28,909 bases of DNA, from assembly GCA_016215305.1 (NCBI GenBank), contig JACRKI010000006.1, positions 1 through 28,909 of the forward strand, written 5' to 3'. This DNA is from Candidatus Woesearchaeota archaeon (GTDB lineage Archaea > Nanobdellota > Nanobdellia > Woesearchaeales > DSVV01). The notes beneath the pieces are model-generated. The model was not told the DNA's origin and searched no databases. It saw only the letters and a list, made by a program, of their open reading frames with translations. The position numbers were made by a program, and so were the translations under genes. Below are positions 8,005 through 16,091 of this stretch, piece after piece; position 1 is the stretch's first letter; each line of letters starts with the position of its first letter.

Positions 8005-8181
8005 ATGATGAAACAAGAACTCCATTGCATCTCCTGCAAAAAAAGCCAGACCAACAGCCAAGGCACTGCTGTCTTCGCGTGCCCGCAATGTTCAAAATTT
8101 CAAATTGTCCGCTGCCAGCACTGCAGAGAAATCGCTGCTCCTTTCACTTGCCCGGAATGCGGCTTTGTCGGACCAGCTTAA
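8005..8181 (+). CDS. Small Zn-ribbon protein (DUF1610/HVO_2753-like, COG2888)
   Basis: Frame missed by the track: MMKQELHCISCKK..FACPQCSKFQIVRCQHCR..FTCPECGFVGPA*; four CxxC; conserved neighbour of aEF-1beta in archaea. Confidence 0.92.
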   Translation: MMKQELHCISCKKSQTNSQGTAVFACPQCSKFQIVRCQHCREIAAPFTCPECGFVGPA

Positions 8182-8195
8182 TTCGGTGAATTCTC

Positions 8196-8471
8196 ATGGC
8201 ACTTGTTATTATTGAAATGAAAGTCATGCCTGTTTCTCCGGAAACTGATTTGACAAAATTGACACACGATGCTGAGAAAGTTGTCGTTGAATTCGGCGCA
8301 AAAGTGCATCAGCACAAAATCGAACCAGTCGCTTTTGGATTGAAAGCGGTTATTCTAACCATTGTCGCAGACGAAGACAAAGGCTCCACTGACGCCATGG
8401 AAGAAAAATTGACTGCATTGAACCACGTGGAATCTGTCATGGTCACCAGCGTCAGTCGAGCATTGGGATAG
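8196..8471 (+). CDS. ef1b: Archaeal elongation factor 1-beta
   Basis: MKVMPVSPETDLTKL..EPVAFGLKAV..DKGSTDAMEE..VESV. Confidence 0.95.
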   Translation: MALVIIEMKVMPVSPETDLTKLTHDAEKVVVEFGAKVHQHKIEPVAFGLKAVILTIVADEDKGSTDAMEEKLTALNHVESVMVTSVSRALG

Positions 8472-8541
8472 TTTTTCTTCACTCTTTTTTGTCATTAATT
8501 TTGGGTAATTTTTATAAATAAATGAATGTTTCTCTCCCTTT

Positions 8542-10032
8542 ATGATTCAAACGACAGATTTTAACCCCGTAATTGCAGATCCTGTATCTTACTCTCTTGA
8601 AGCACGTATTTCTGGAGCAGTTCACGAACAAAACCCTATTGCTCTTGCGCGGACAAAAGCGCGATTTCTTGTTGATTCTGCCTATCATTCTTTTGAAACA
8701 CAATATACTTCTCAAGAATTTGTTTCAAACTATACTTCTCTCAAACAAGAAAAAGTTGCTTCCTTGAAACAGCAACTAAAAGAACTTCGCGATACTGCAA
8801 CAGACGATGCTTCCAAAAAAGTATTTGACAATTATTATCGTGCAGCACAGCTTCAATTTGCCCAAAAAGAAAAATCACTTGAAAGAACTGTCGCTGTCAA
8901 TTATGCGCAGCCTGCTTCATATCAGTCAGATGAATATCTTTGCTCCACTGTTGTGACTGATCCCTCTTTTGGAAATGTTGCTGGCGCAATTGGCGCTTTA
9001 GGCATTGGCTTTGCGATGGCGGGCAAACGGAAGAGAAAAAAGAATAAGAGAAAAGAGGTTTCTGATAATAATCGTACTCCGCTTCCTGCTGTTGATGATG
9101 AGGTTATTGCAGGAGATGAAGATGAGGATTCAGATGATGCATCTGCTGTTTCAGGAGGAGTAAATCTTTCTCTTGCACGCACTGTTCCCTTAGATGAGAT
9201 CAGGAGTACTGCTATTCATGAAAATATTCTTCCTGAACCAAGCATTATTCATGTTGATGTTGATGCAAATCAAGCTCCCTCTCTTACACAACCATATACA
9301 GGAAGAATATCAGAGGTATACTTGTCTGCATCAAAACCAATTTCTGATTTTGCTGCAGAATCTCCAACAAATCCTGGTGTGCTAGGTACAAATGAAAGAA
9401 GAACTTCTCAAGTTACTGCCGCAATTCCAAGAAAGCCATCATTCTTCTCAAAAGCCGCATTGGCGGTTGGCGGCATAGTTATTGGGGCAGCAAGTGCAGT
9501 AGCTATTTCAGTAGGCGCGGCAACGTATGTTGTACAGCATTCTTCTCCTGAAACTGCTGCTCAAGCAGTATATTCTTCTCCGCAATCTGCTGCTCCGCAG
9601 ACAACCTATGCAAATCCTATTCCTGTTTCACAACCAGCAGCTCCAGTTGTTGAAAGACCACCAAATTTTCGCGGGATTTATTATTTTCCAGAACATGCAC
9701 CAAAAAATGAAACCGGCGGTAAAAAACTTTCTGCTGACTGGTATCAAATAGAACATGCTGCGCAAACTGTAGATTCTTTTATCCTTCAGATTGGCAATGA
9801 TGTTTCTTTAGATGGACGCGTTGCTCGATTTGGTATTGACACTGACGGAAATGGGAAAGCTGACAAAATAATCTATAAATCATTAGATCATCACTTGAAA
9901 TTACCTCTATCAAATGGAGAGACTGTTGTGCATGCAGGATTTGGTGTCAAATCAGATGCTGGATTTACCTATCTCGCTTCTGTTTCAAAAATGTCTGGTG
10001 ACATTCAGTATAGCGTTGTTTCTAAAAACTAG
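8542..10032 (+). CDS. Hypothetical membrane protein with two hydrophobic segments
   Basis: 496 aa; GAIGALGIGFAMAG followed by KRKRKKNKRK and an acidic tract; second TM AALAVGGIVIGAASAVAISVGAA; C-terminal beta domain with DTDGNGKAD. Confidence 0.8.
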   Translation: MIQTTDFNPVIADPVSYSLEARISGAVHEQNPIALARTKARFLVDSAYHSFETQYTSQEFVSNYTSLKQEKVASLKQQLKELRDTATDDASKKVFDNYYRAAQLQFAQKEKSLERTVAVNYAQPASYQSDEYLCSTVVTDPSFGNVAGAIGALGIGFAMAGKRKRKKNKRKEVSDNNRTPLPAVDDEVIAGDEDEDSDDASAVSGGVNLSLARTVPLDEIRSTAIHENILPEPSIIHVDVDANQAPSLTQPYTGRISEVYLSASKPISDFAAESPTNPGVLGTNERRTSQVTAAIPRKPSFFSKAALAVGGIVIGAASAVAISVGAATYVVQHSSPETAAQAVYSSPQSAAPQTTYANPIPVSQPAAPVVERPPNFRGIYYFPEHAPKNETGGKKLSADWYQIEHAAQTVDSFILQIGNDVSLDGRVARFGIDTDGNGKADKIIYKSLDHHLKLPLSNGETVVHAGFGVKSDAGFTYLASVSKMSGDIQYSVVSKN

Positions 10033-11081
10033 CTCCAAATTTTTTGTATTGTCTCTATCAATTCTTTTTCTTCCATTGTTGTTCTTATCCCATTTAACGA
10101 GAAATGTGTTCTTGCAACTTTGTGTCCTGCTTTCTGTATTGCGCCAAAGAGAATTTCATATTTTGGAATTTGCAGTTTTTCTCTCTTACAGATTGCATGA
10201 ATGTCGAAAAACCCGACTTGCGGAATTATCATCTCTCCCTGAATTGTCTTGAGAAGCTTTTCGCTTTCTGTTTCTTTTATTTTCATCTTTCCAACAAAAT
10301 TCTCATCCCACAATCTTCCCAGCCACATTGGACCTGCTGTTTGTTTGTCATAGGTGAACATCCCAATCTGATTCTGCACTTCCGTGACTTTTGTTTTGCC
10401 TTTTTCACAAAACAAAAACGCGCGCATGTAATGATCTTTATTGTAACTGAAAATTGGCGTGAGCGCCTTGTCATACTGCGCCGCGATTGTCTGGCATTTT
10501 GCGATGAGGATTCGCAGGCCAATTTCATGCATGATTGGTCCGTGCATCGGCATTGCACTGTATTTTCTTCTGCACGCGTCTGGAAACGCGCCAGCTAACG
10601 CGCTCGTATCTGTTGCAGTCACCGCAAGAATTCCTTCTCTCGCTAATCTTTTTGCCGCTGCGTCGAGAAATGGAACTGGCGTGCCAAAGGGATCCACGTC
10701 AATATAATCAAATCCGTTGGATTGCAAGAGAAACAGGGTTGCTTCTTTTTTAGTGATTTTGATTCGCTTATCTTTTTGCAATTTGTTTTGCTTGAGATTT
10801 TGTTTGAGCTGCTTCATTGCTTTTGCGCTGTAATCATTCGCTGCAATCAAATCAATTTTTCTTTTTGGGAGTTCTTTCAAAAATCTGATTGTTCTCACCC
10901 CAGACGCTGCAAAAAGGTCTGCAACCTGAAGATGATTTCTATTCCACGCTTTCAGCACTGCAACACTCAAATCTCTATTTGTTTTCATGACTGGATTGTA
11001 GAAGACTTCCAAATCTTTTGAAATCTTTTTTTCATCGTGGACAGTAATGATTGCTTTTCCTTCACGGATTGTTTTGTTCAT
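10029..11081 (-). CDS. trm1: tRNA (guanine-26-N2)-dimethyltransferase
   Basis: VFYNPVMKTNRDLS, DLFAASGVRTIRF, FDYIDVDPFGTP, LAVTATDTSAL, GPMWLGRL, RTHFS. Confidence 0.95.
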   Translation of the reverse strand: MNKTIREGKAIITVHDEKKISKDLEVFYNPVMKTNRDLSVAVLKAWNRNHLQVADLFAASGVRTIRFLKELPKRKIDLIAANDYSAKAMKQLKQNLKQNKLQKDKRIKITKKEATLFLLQSNGFDYIDVDPFGTPVPFLDAAAKRLAREGILAVTATDTSALAGAFPDACRRKYSAMPMHGPIMHEIGLRILIAKCQTIAAQYDKALTPIFSYNKDHYMRAFLFCEKGKTKVTEVQNQIGMFTYDKQTAGPMWLGRLWDENFVGKMKIKETESEKLLKTIQGEMIIPQVGFFDIHAICKREKLQIPKYEILFGAIQKAGHKVARTHFSLNGIRTTMEEKELIETIQKIWS

Positions 11082-11179
11082 GGTTGTTTTCGTTATTTCT
11101 TAGAAGATGATCTTCTCGTATATATCTTTTCTGTTCTCTTTCTTTTAATCTCTCTTAAAAGATAATAACTAAAAATTAC

Positions 11180-11257
11180 ATGAAGATACTTTGGGCTTTG
11201 CTCAAAGGATTACTAAACGCAGCGTTTAGAAATACCTACGTCTTTCTTAGTTCGTGT
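11180..11257 (+). repeat. Dispersed intergenic repeat family C, filled copy C1
   Basis: First 37 nt identical to 19084-19120; then variable hairpin, TTAGAAATACCTA, TAGTTCGTGT. Confidence 0.9.
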
Positions 11258-11346
11258 TTTGTGTTTCTTTTTGTGTTTTTTTACTTCATATGATTTTATC
11301 AAAATTCTCGCAAACATTTAAAATAACCTCATTCTTTTTCTCTCTC

Positions 11347-13128
11347 ATGATCCGCAAACCACTCATCACGATTCTTGGCCACGTTGACCACGGCAAAACA
11401 CGCCTTCTCGATACTATCAGAAATACCACTGTCATTGACAGAGAAGCAGGCGCAATCACCCAGGCAATCGGCGCAAGCATTGTTCCCCAAGAAACAATTT
11501 TGCGCACCTGCGGAAAATTGCTTGAAAAAACCGGCATGAACCTTCTTGTTCCCGGACTTGTTTTTATTGACACTCCTGGCCACGAAGCATTCACCCATTT
11601 GCGAAAACGCGGCGGCAATCTCGCAGACATCGCGATCGTTGTTATTGACGCAAACGAAGGACTTATGCCGCAAACCATTGAAGCAATTGAAATCCTCAAA
11701 AAGTTCAAAACTCCCTTTATTATTGCACTCAATAAAATTGATTTGATTCGCGGATGGCAGGAGCAGCACGGTCAGGATGCGGCAGGATTACTCGAGCGGA
11801 TTTCACGCCAAAGTCCTGACACTGTCCAAATGCTCGAAACAAAAATGTACAGCGTTGTGGAACAGGTTTTCAAGCTTGGTTTTGAATCTGATCGCTTTGA
11901 TCGCGTGGGTGATTACACCAAACAAATTGCCATTATTCCCATCAGCGCAAAAAAAGCAATTGGCATTGCAGAATTATTAATGGTCTTAACTGCACTTGTG
12001 CAGAAATATCTCGCAAAGCAACTTGAGGTCGAAGTCAAAGGTCCTGCAAAAGGAACTATTCTTGAAATCAAAGAAGATAAAGGACTTGGCAAGACGCTTG
12101 ATGTTATTCTCTATGACGGCATGCTTACTGTCGGTGATACTCTTGTCATTGGAACGCTTGGCGAGCCTCTTGTCACAAAAGTCAAGGCATTGTTTGTTCC
12201 TGAACCGCTCAAAGAAATGCGCGATGTCAAAGGAAAATTTCTCTCTGTCAAACATGTTACTGCAGCGACAGGAGTCAAGGTTGCCGCGCCAGATCTTGAT
12301 GGCGCTGTTGCTGGCATGCCTCTTCAAGGCGCAACTGCCGCGACACTCAATCATGTGAAAGCTGAAGTTACGCAATCTATTGAAGAGGTTGTTGTTGAAA
12401 CAGATGGAGAAGGAATTGTGGTCAAGGCAGACGCAATTGGTTCTCTTGAGGCAGTGCTTGTCCTTCTTCGTTCTAAAAATGTCAAAATTAAACGAGCAAC
12501 CATTGGCATGGTTTCCAAAAAAGATATCATGGACGCAGAAGCGAATATGGCAAAGAATCCCGCAGCAGCAGTCATTCTTTGTTTTAACGTTGGACTTGAC
12601 AATGATGCGCAGCTTGCTCTCGCTGATTCTCACGTCAAGGTTTTTGAGAACAAAGTTATTTACCAATTGCTTGAGGAGTTTGAAAAATGGTTTATAGCAA
12701 AACAAAAACAAACAGAGTCCTCTGGTCTCGAGGAATTGCATCGCCCATGCAAATTGCAGGTGATGCCCAACCATATTTTCCGTAAAAATAATCCCGCTGT
12801 TGTTGGCGCGGACATTTTAGCCGGCAAACTCAAAACAGGACAGCGTCTAATGAATAAGGAAGGAGCTCCTGTGACATTTGTTAAATCTATGGAACATGAG
12901 AAAAAAAGTGTCAATGAAATTGATGCAGGCAAACAACTTGCTATCTCTCTTCCTGACATCACTATTGGCCGTCAAGTGATGGAAGGAGAAATATTGTATA
13001 GTTTTCATCCTGAAAGCGAATTTTTGGCACTCAAAAAATTCAAGAAATTTTTATCCCCTGCTGAAATTGAAACTATGAAAGAAATCGCGGAAATCATGCG
13101 AAAGGAACATCACACCTGGGGAATGTAA
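11347..13128 (+). CDS. infB: Translation initiation factor aIF5B (IF-2)
   Basis: MIRKPLITILGHVDHGKT, GAITQAIGA, FIDTPGHEAF, NKID; start moved from 11254 to ATG 11347 (TATA at 11317). Confidence 0.97.
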   Translation: MIRKPLITILGHVDHGKTRLLDTIRNTTVIDREAGAITQAIGASIVPQETILRTCGKLLEKTGMNLLVPGLVFIDTPGHEAFTHLRKRGGNLADIAIVVIDANEGLMPQTIEAIEILKKFKTPFIIALNKIDLIRGWQEQHGQDAAGLLERISRQSPDTVQMLETKMYSVVEQVFKLGFESDRFDRVGDYTKQIAIIPISAKKAIGIAELLMVLTALVQKYLAKQLEVEVKGPAKGTILEIKEDKGLGKTLDVILYDGMLTVGDTLVIGTLGEPLVTKVKALFVPEPLKEMRDVKGKFLSVKHVTAATGVKVAAPDLDGAVAGMPLQGATAATLNHVKAEVTQSIEEVVVETDGEGIVVKADAIGSLEAVLVLLRSKNVKIKRATIGMVSKKDIMDAEANMAKNPAAAVILCFNVGLDNDAQLALADSHVKVFENKVIYQLLEEFEKWFIAKQKQTESSGLEELHRPCKLQVMPNHIFRKNNPAVVGADILAGKLKTGQRLMNKEGAPVTFVKSMEHEKKSVNEIDAGKQLAISLPDITIGRQVMEGEILYSFHPESEFLALKKFKKFLSPAEIETMKEIAEIMRKEHHTWGM

Positions 13129-13130
13129 TC

Positions 13131-13595
13131 ATGCAAGGAAAATTTTTAGCTAAAAAAGAAATCCGTCGAATCCTTGAGCAGTTGGAAAAACAATGGGGAT
13201 TTACTTCAGAGCTTGATTATTTATTTTTTTGCAACAATAAAAATCGCATTTCTCTTATGAACCGCGACTTTGGCCAGCTTGATCTCGCAAAACTTCGCTT
13301 GAACAGTGTTGGACTCTATTTTTGCGAAGTCATGGAGAATGGAGAGATTCGATTAAGCATTGAAGGTTCGCAGCTTGTTGGACCGACTGCCACAAAGAAT
13401 GTTATTTCTGTTGATTTTGATTCTGCGCGAAAATGGATGTATGGACAAGATCTTGAAATTGGTTCTGAATCTATTCCTGAAACTGGATTTGTGATTTTGA
13501 AACATGATGATTTCTTCATTGGCTGCGGCAGATTCAAGAACGGCATTATCAGCAATCACGTCAGTAAAAATAGGAGAATTGGGACGCTGAGTTAA
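13131..13595 (+). CDS. Stand-alone PUA-domain ribosome biogenesis protein (NOL1/NOP2/NIP7-like, COG3270-like)
   Basis: GLYF..IRLSIEGSQLVG..W.YGQDL..GFVILK..IGCG. Confidence 0.8.
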   Translation: MQGKFLAKKEIRRILEQLEKQWGFTSELDYLFFCNNKNRISLMNRDFGQLDLAKLRLNSVGLYFCEVMENGEIRLSIEGSQLVGPTATKNVISVDFDSARKWMYGQDLEIGSESIPETGFVILKHDDFFIGCGRFKNGIISNHVSKNRRIGTLS

Positions 13596-13730
13596 ATATT
13601 TTTATACGAACACGTTGCTTTGATTCGCTTGAATGCTTTGGTAGAACTAAGAGAAACTTTGGCAAGTCCTATAATTATTTTAATTTTTTTTGATTAATTA
13701 TTCTAAAGATATTCTCAAAAATAAATAATA

Positions 13731-13787
13731 ATTACATGAAGATACCTAAGTGATGCTAGTTCCTGTATTTTCTTCCTTAGTTCGTGT
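13731..13787 (+). repeat. Repeat family C, empty copy C3
   Basis: ATTACATGAAGATAC-CTAAGTGATGCTAGTTCCTGT...TAGTTCGTGT, lacking the two-hairpin insert of C1/C2. Confidence 0.7.
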
Positions 13788-13838
13788 GTTAGCGATGTTA
13801 GGCGATTCAGAAAGCTAATTTATTCATGAGAAAATAAA

Positions 13839-13912
13839 TGGGCCCGCCCAGATTTGAACTGGGGACCTTTTCCACGTCAAGGAAACGTTATACCGGGCTA
13901 AACCACGGGCCC
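13839..13912 (-). tRNA. tRNA-Val(GAC)
   Basis: Cloverleaf GGGCCCG..TTTCC-TTGACGT-GGAAA..CCCAG-TTCAAAT-CTGGG-CGGGCCC-A; CCA not encoded. Confidence 0.95.
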
Positions 13913-14010
13913 AAGGATTATTCATTAAAAATAATCGTTGTTTTATATAGATTGTGGTCAATTCTTTTGTAAACATTTTTAAAAAGTGGATAAGTTTTTA
14001 GCAGAACTCT

Positions 14011-14083
14011 GCCTCCGTAGCATAGTAGCTATTGCGTTACCTTGGTAAGGTAAAGGTCGTGAGTGCAACTCTCACCGGAGGCT
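14011..14083 (+). tRNA. tRNA-Thr(GGT)
   Basis: GCCTCCG..TTACC-TTGGTAA-GGTAA..GTGAG-TGCAACT-CTCAC-CGGAGGC-T; U73 discriminator; non-canonical A18 and G55. Confidence 0.9.
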
Positions 14084-14136
14084 TATTTTAATTTTTCATC
14101 ACAACCTTTTTATTCCTGTTCCTCTCTTTCTTTTTC

Positions 14137-15309
14137 ATGAAACAACTTTCCAGTCGCGCTCTTGGTGTGCAGGAAAGCGCAACCCTCGCAATTGGCGCTC
14201 AGGCAAAAGCACTCAAAGCCGCAGGAAAACACATCATTGATTTCTCTCTTGGCGAACCTGATTTTCCTACGCCTCGTTTGGTTAAAAAAGCTGCGCAATA
14301 TGCGATCAAACACAATTTTACCTATTACACTGCTTCAGGAGGTATTCCAGACCTCAAAAAAGCGGTTTGCATGAAATTACAACGTGATAATAACCTTTCA
14401 TATACTCATGAGCAGATTTTGATTTCCCACGGCGCGAAACATAGTTTGATGAACATCTTTTTCACTCTTCTCAACAAAGGCGATGAAGTGATTATTCCAA
14501 CTCCTTACTGGACAAGCTATCCGGAAATGGTCAAACTCGCTGATGGCGTTCCTGTTTTCTGCGAAACAGACGCCGCATTTCATTTGACTGCAGCAGCGCT
14601 TGAAAAAAAATGCACAAAAAAAACAAAACTGCTTCTTGTAAATTCTCCCTCTAACCCCACGGGCGCTGTTATTCCAAAAGAGGAACTGGAGAAAATCGCG
14701 GCGCTTTGTGTCAACAAAAATATCTTTGTTATTTCTGATGAAGTCTATGAATTTTTTTGTTATGATTCTCATACCCATTCCAGCATTGCGTCTTTTGGGA
14801 AAGAGATATATAATCGCACTTTTACTGTTAATTCAGTTTCCAAAACTTATTCCATGACTGGCTGGCGCATTGGATATCTTGCAGGTCCACAAGAGCTTGT
14901 CAAAAAAATGGACGCGCTCCAAAGTCAGATGACTTCCTGCCCGAACTCCATTGCGCAAAAAGCAGCTGTCGCAGCGCTGACTTCTGATCAGCAATGCGTT
15001 CAGGAAATGCTTCACGCATTTACTCTGCGACGAGATTATATCTCCAAACGTTTGAACGCAGTTGCTGGACTTTCTCTTCTTCCTCCAGAAGGCGCGTTTT
15101 ACGCGTTTGTCAAATTTTCCTATCCGCTTTCCAGTTCAGATTTTTGTTTACAATTATTGAATGATGGACTTGCTGCAACAGTTCCAGGCTCTGCGTTTGG
15201 CGCAGAAGGATATTTTCGTATTTCTTATGCGACAAGCATGAATGTGATCAAAGAAGGGTGTGATCGGATGGAGAAGTTTTGTGTGAGATTTTCCTCCAAA
15301 ACTCCCTAA
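14137..15309 (+). CDS. aspC: PLP-dependent class I/II (aspartate) aminotransferase
   Basis: FSLGEPDFPTP, YTASGGIP.LK, NSPSNPTG, ISDEVYE, NSVSKTYSMTGWRIGY, EGAFY. Confidence 0.9.
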   Translation: MKQLSSRALGVQESATLAIGAQAKALKAAGKHIIDFSLGEPDFPTPRLVKKAAQYAIKHNFTYYTASGGIPDLKKAVCMKLQRDNNLSYTHEQILISHGAKHSLMNIFFTLLNKGDEVIIPTPYWTSYPEMVKLADGVPVFCETDAAFHLTAAALEKKCTKKTKLLLVNSPSNPTGAVIPKEELEKIAALCVNKNIFVISDEVYEFFCYDSHTHSSIASFGKEIYNRTFTVNSVSKTYSMTGWRIGYLAGPQELVKKMDALQSQMTSCPNSIAQKAAVAALTSDQQCVQEMLHAFTLRRDYISKRLNAVAGLSLLPPEGAFYAFVKFSYPLSSSDFCLQLLNDGLAATVPGSAFGAEGYFRISYATSMNVIKEGCDRMEKFCVRFSSKTP

Positions 15310-15480
15310 AAACCCCACAATCAGACAAAACACATTTAAAGAGGGAGGTTTTTTATGGCTTCATACAGGAAAACTTGTTCCTTGGAATGCCTTGGAATGA
15401 GTTGATGTAGAAAAGTAAGAAAAAATATCTGCAGTTGTGAACAACGACTGTACGAATAGAATGAATAGGAGATGAATAGA

Positions 15481-15693
15481 ATGGGATTCGGTGGAGACAG
15501 AGGATCAGATCGAGGATTTAGAGGTGGCGGTGGCCGCGGTGGTGGCTTTAGTCAAGGCCCACGAGAAATGCACACAGTAACATGTTCCTCATGCGGACAG
15601 GAAGCACAAGTTCCTTTCAAGCCAGCAGAAGGACGACCAGTCTACTGCAAAGATTGTTACAGAAAACAAAAGGACTCACAACAGTTCAATTAG
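15481..15693 (+). CDS. RGG-rich CxxC-x17-CxxC domain protein
   Basis: CSSC-GQEAQVPFKPAEGRPVY(17 aa)-CKDC; Gly/Arg-rich N-terminus; AGGAG SD fits ATG 15481 better than 15472. Confidence 0.9.
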   Translation: MGFGGDRGSDRGFRGGGGRGGGFSQGPREMHTVTCSSCGQEAQVPFKPAEGRPVYCKDCYRKQKDSQQFN

Positions 15694-15787
15694 TTTTTTT
15701 ATTTTATTTTTTTTATTTTATCTTCTTTATTTTATCTTTTTTGACGCTTTTTCTCTCAGATAATATTTTAATTATTTATCAGAATTA

Positions 15788-15956
15788 CGTGTTCCTTAAC
15801 GGAACACGAACACGCCTGTGCTTCGGAATAAAAACCTCAGCACAGGCGTGTTCCTCAATTGATGCTCCTCGCGTTGAGCGAGGAGCATATCTCGCGAGAA
15901 AGAATGCGAAACAATAACTCTGGTGCGAAATTTTATGTGAGCACCAGAGTTATTGT
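15788..15956. repeat. Cluster of four adjacent perfect hairpins
   Basis: Stems of 8 bp (15788-15808), 15 bp (15808-15852), 11 bp (15861-15887) and 16 bp (15911-15956), plus palindrome TCTCGCGAGA (15889-15898). Confidence 0.85.
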
Positions 15957-16091
15957 AGTTCTATTTTATCTTTCTTTTATTTTTTAGACTGCAAATATCT
16001 TTAAATTATCTTTTCAATATCATAAACAAAATTTGCACAACTTCTCTGTCACAAATAAACATTTAAACTCTTCTCAGTTCTGTTTTTCTTC

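Noticed and set aside
7998-8189. Track ORF MIYDETRT..
   Set aside because: Wrong frame; the frame from ATG 8005 gives a four-CxxC Zn-ribbon protein
11254-11346. N-terminal extensions of infB, and likewise eif6 (19196), NUDIX (19109) and vapB (21210)
   Set aside because: The extensions are low-complexity, overlap intergenic repeats or promoters, and downstream ATGs fit family N-termini; for infB, eif6 and vapB they also fit the TATA spacing
15340-15480. Possible regulatory leader of the CxxC-x17-CxxC gene (CTTGGAATG direct repeat, weak hairpin)
   Set aside because: Short, imperfect features that could arise by chance; no recognisable riboswitch motif
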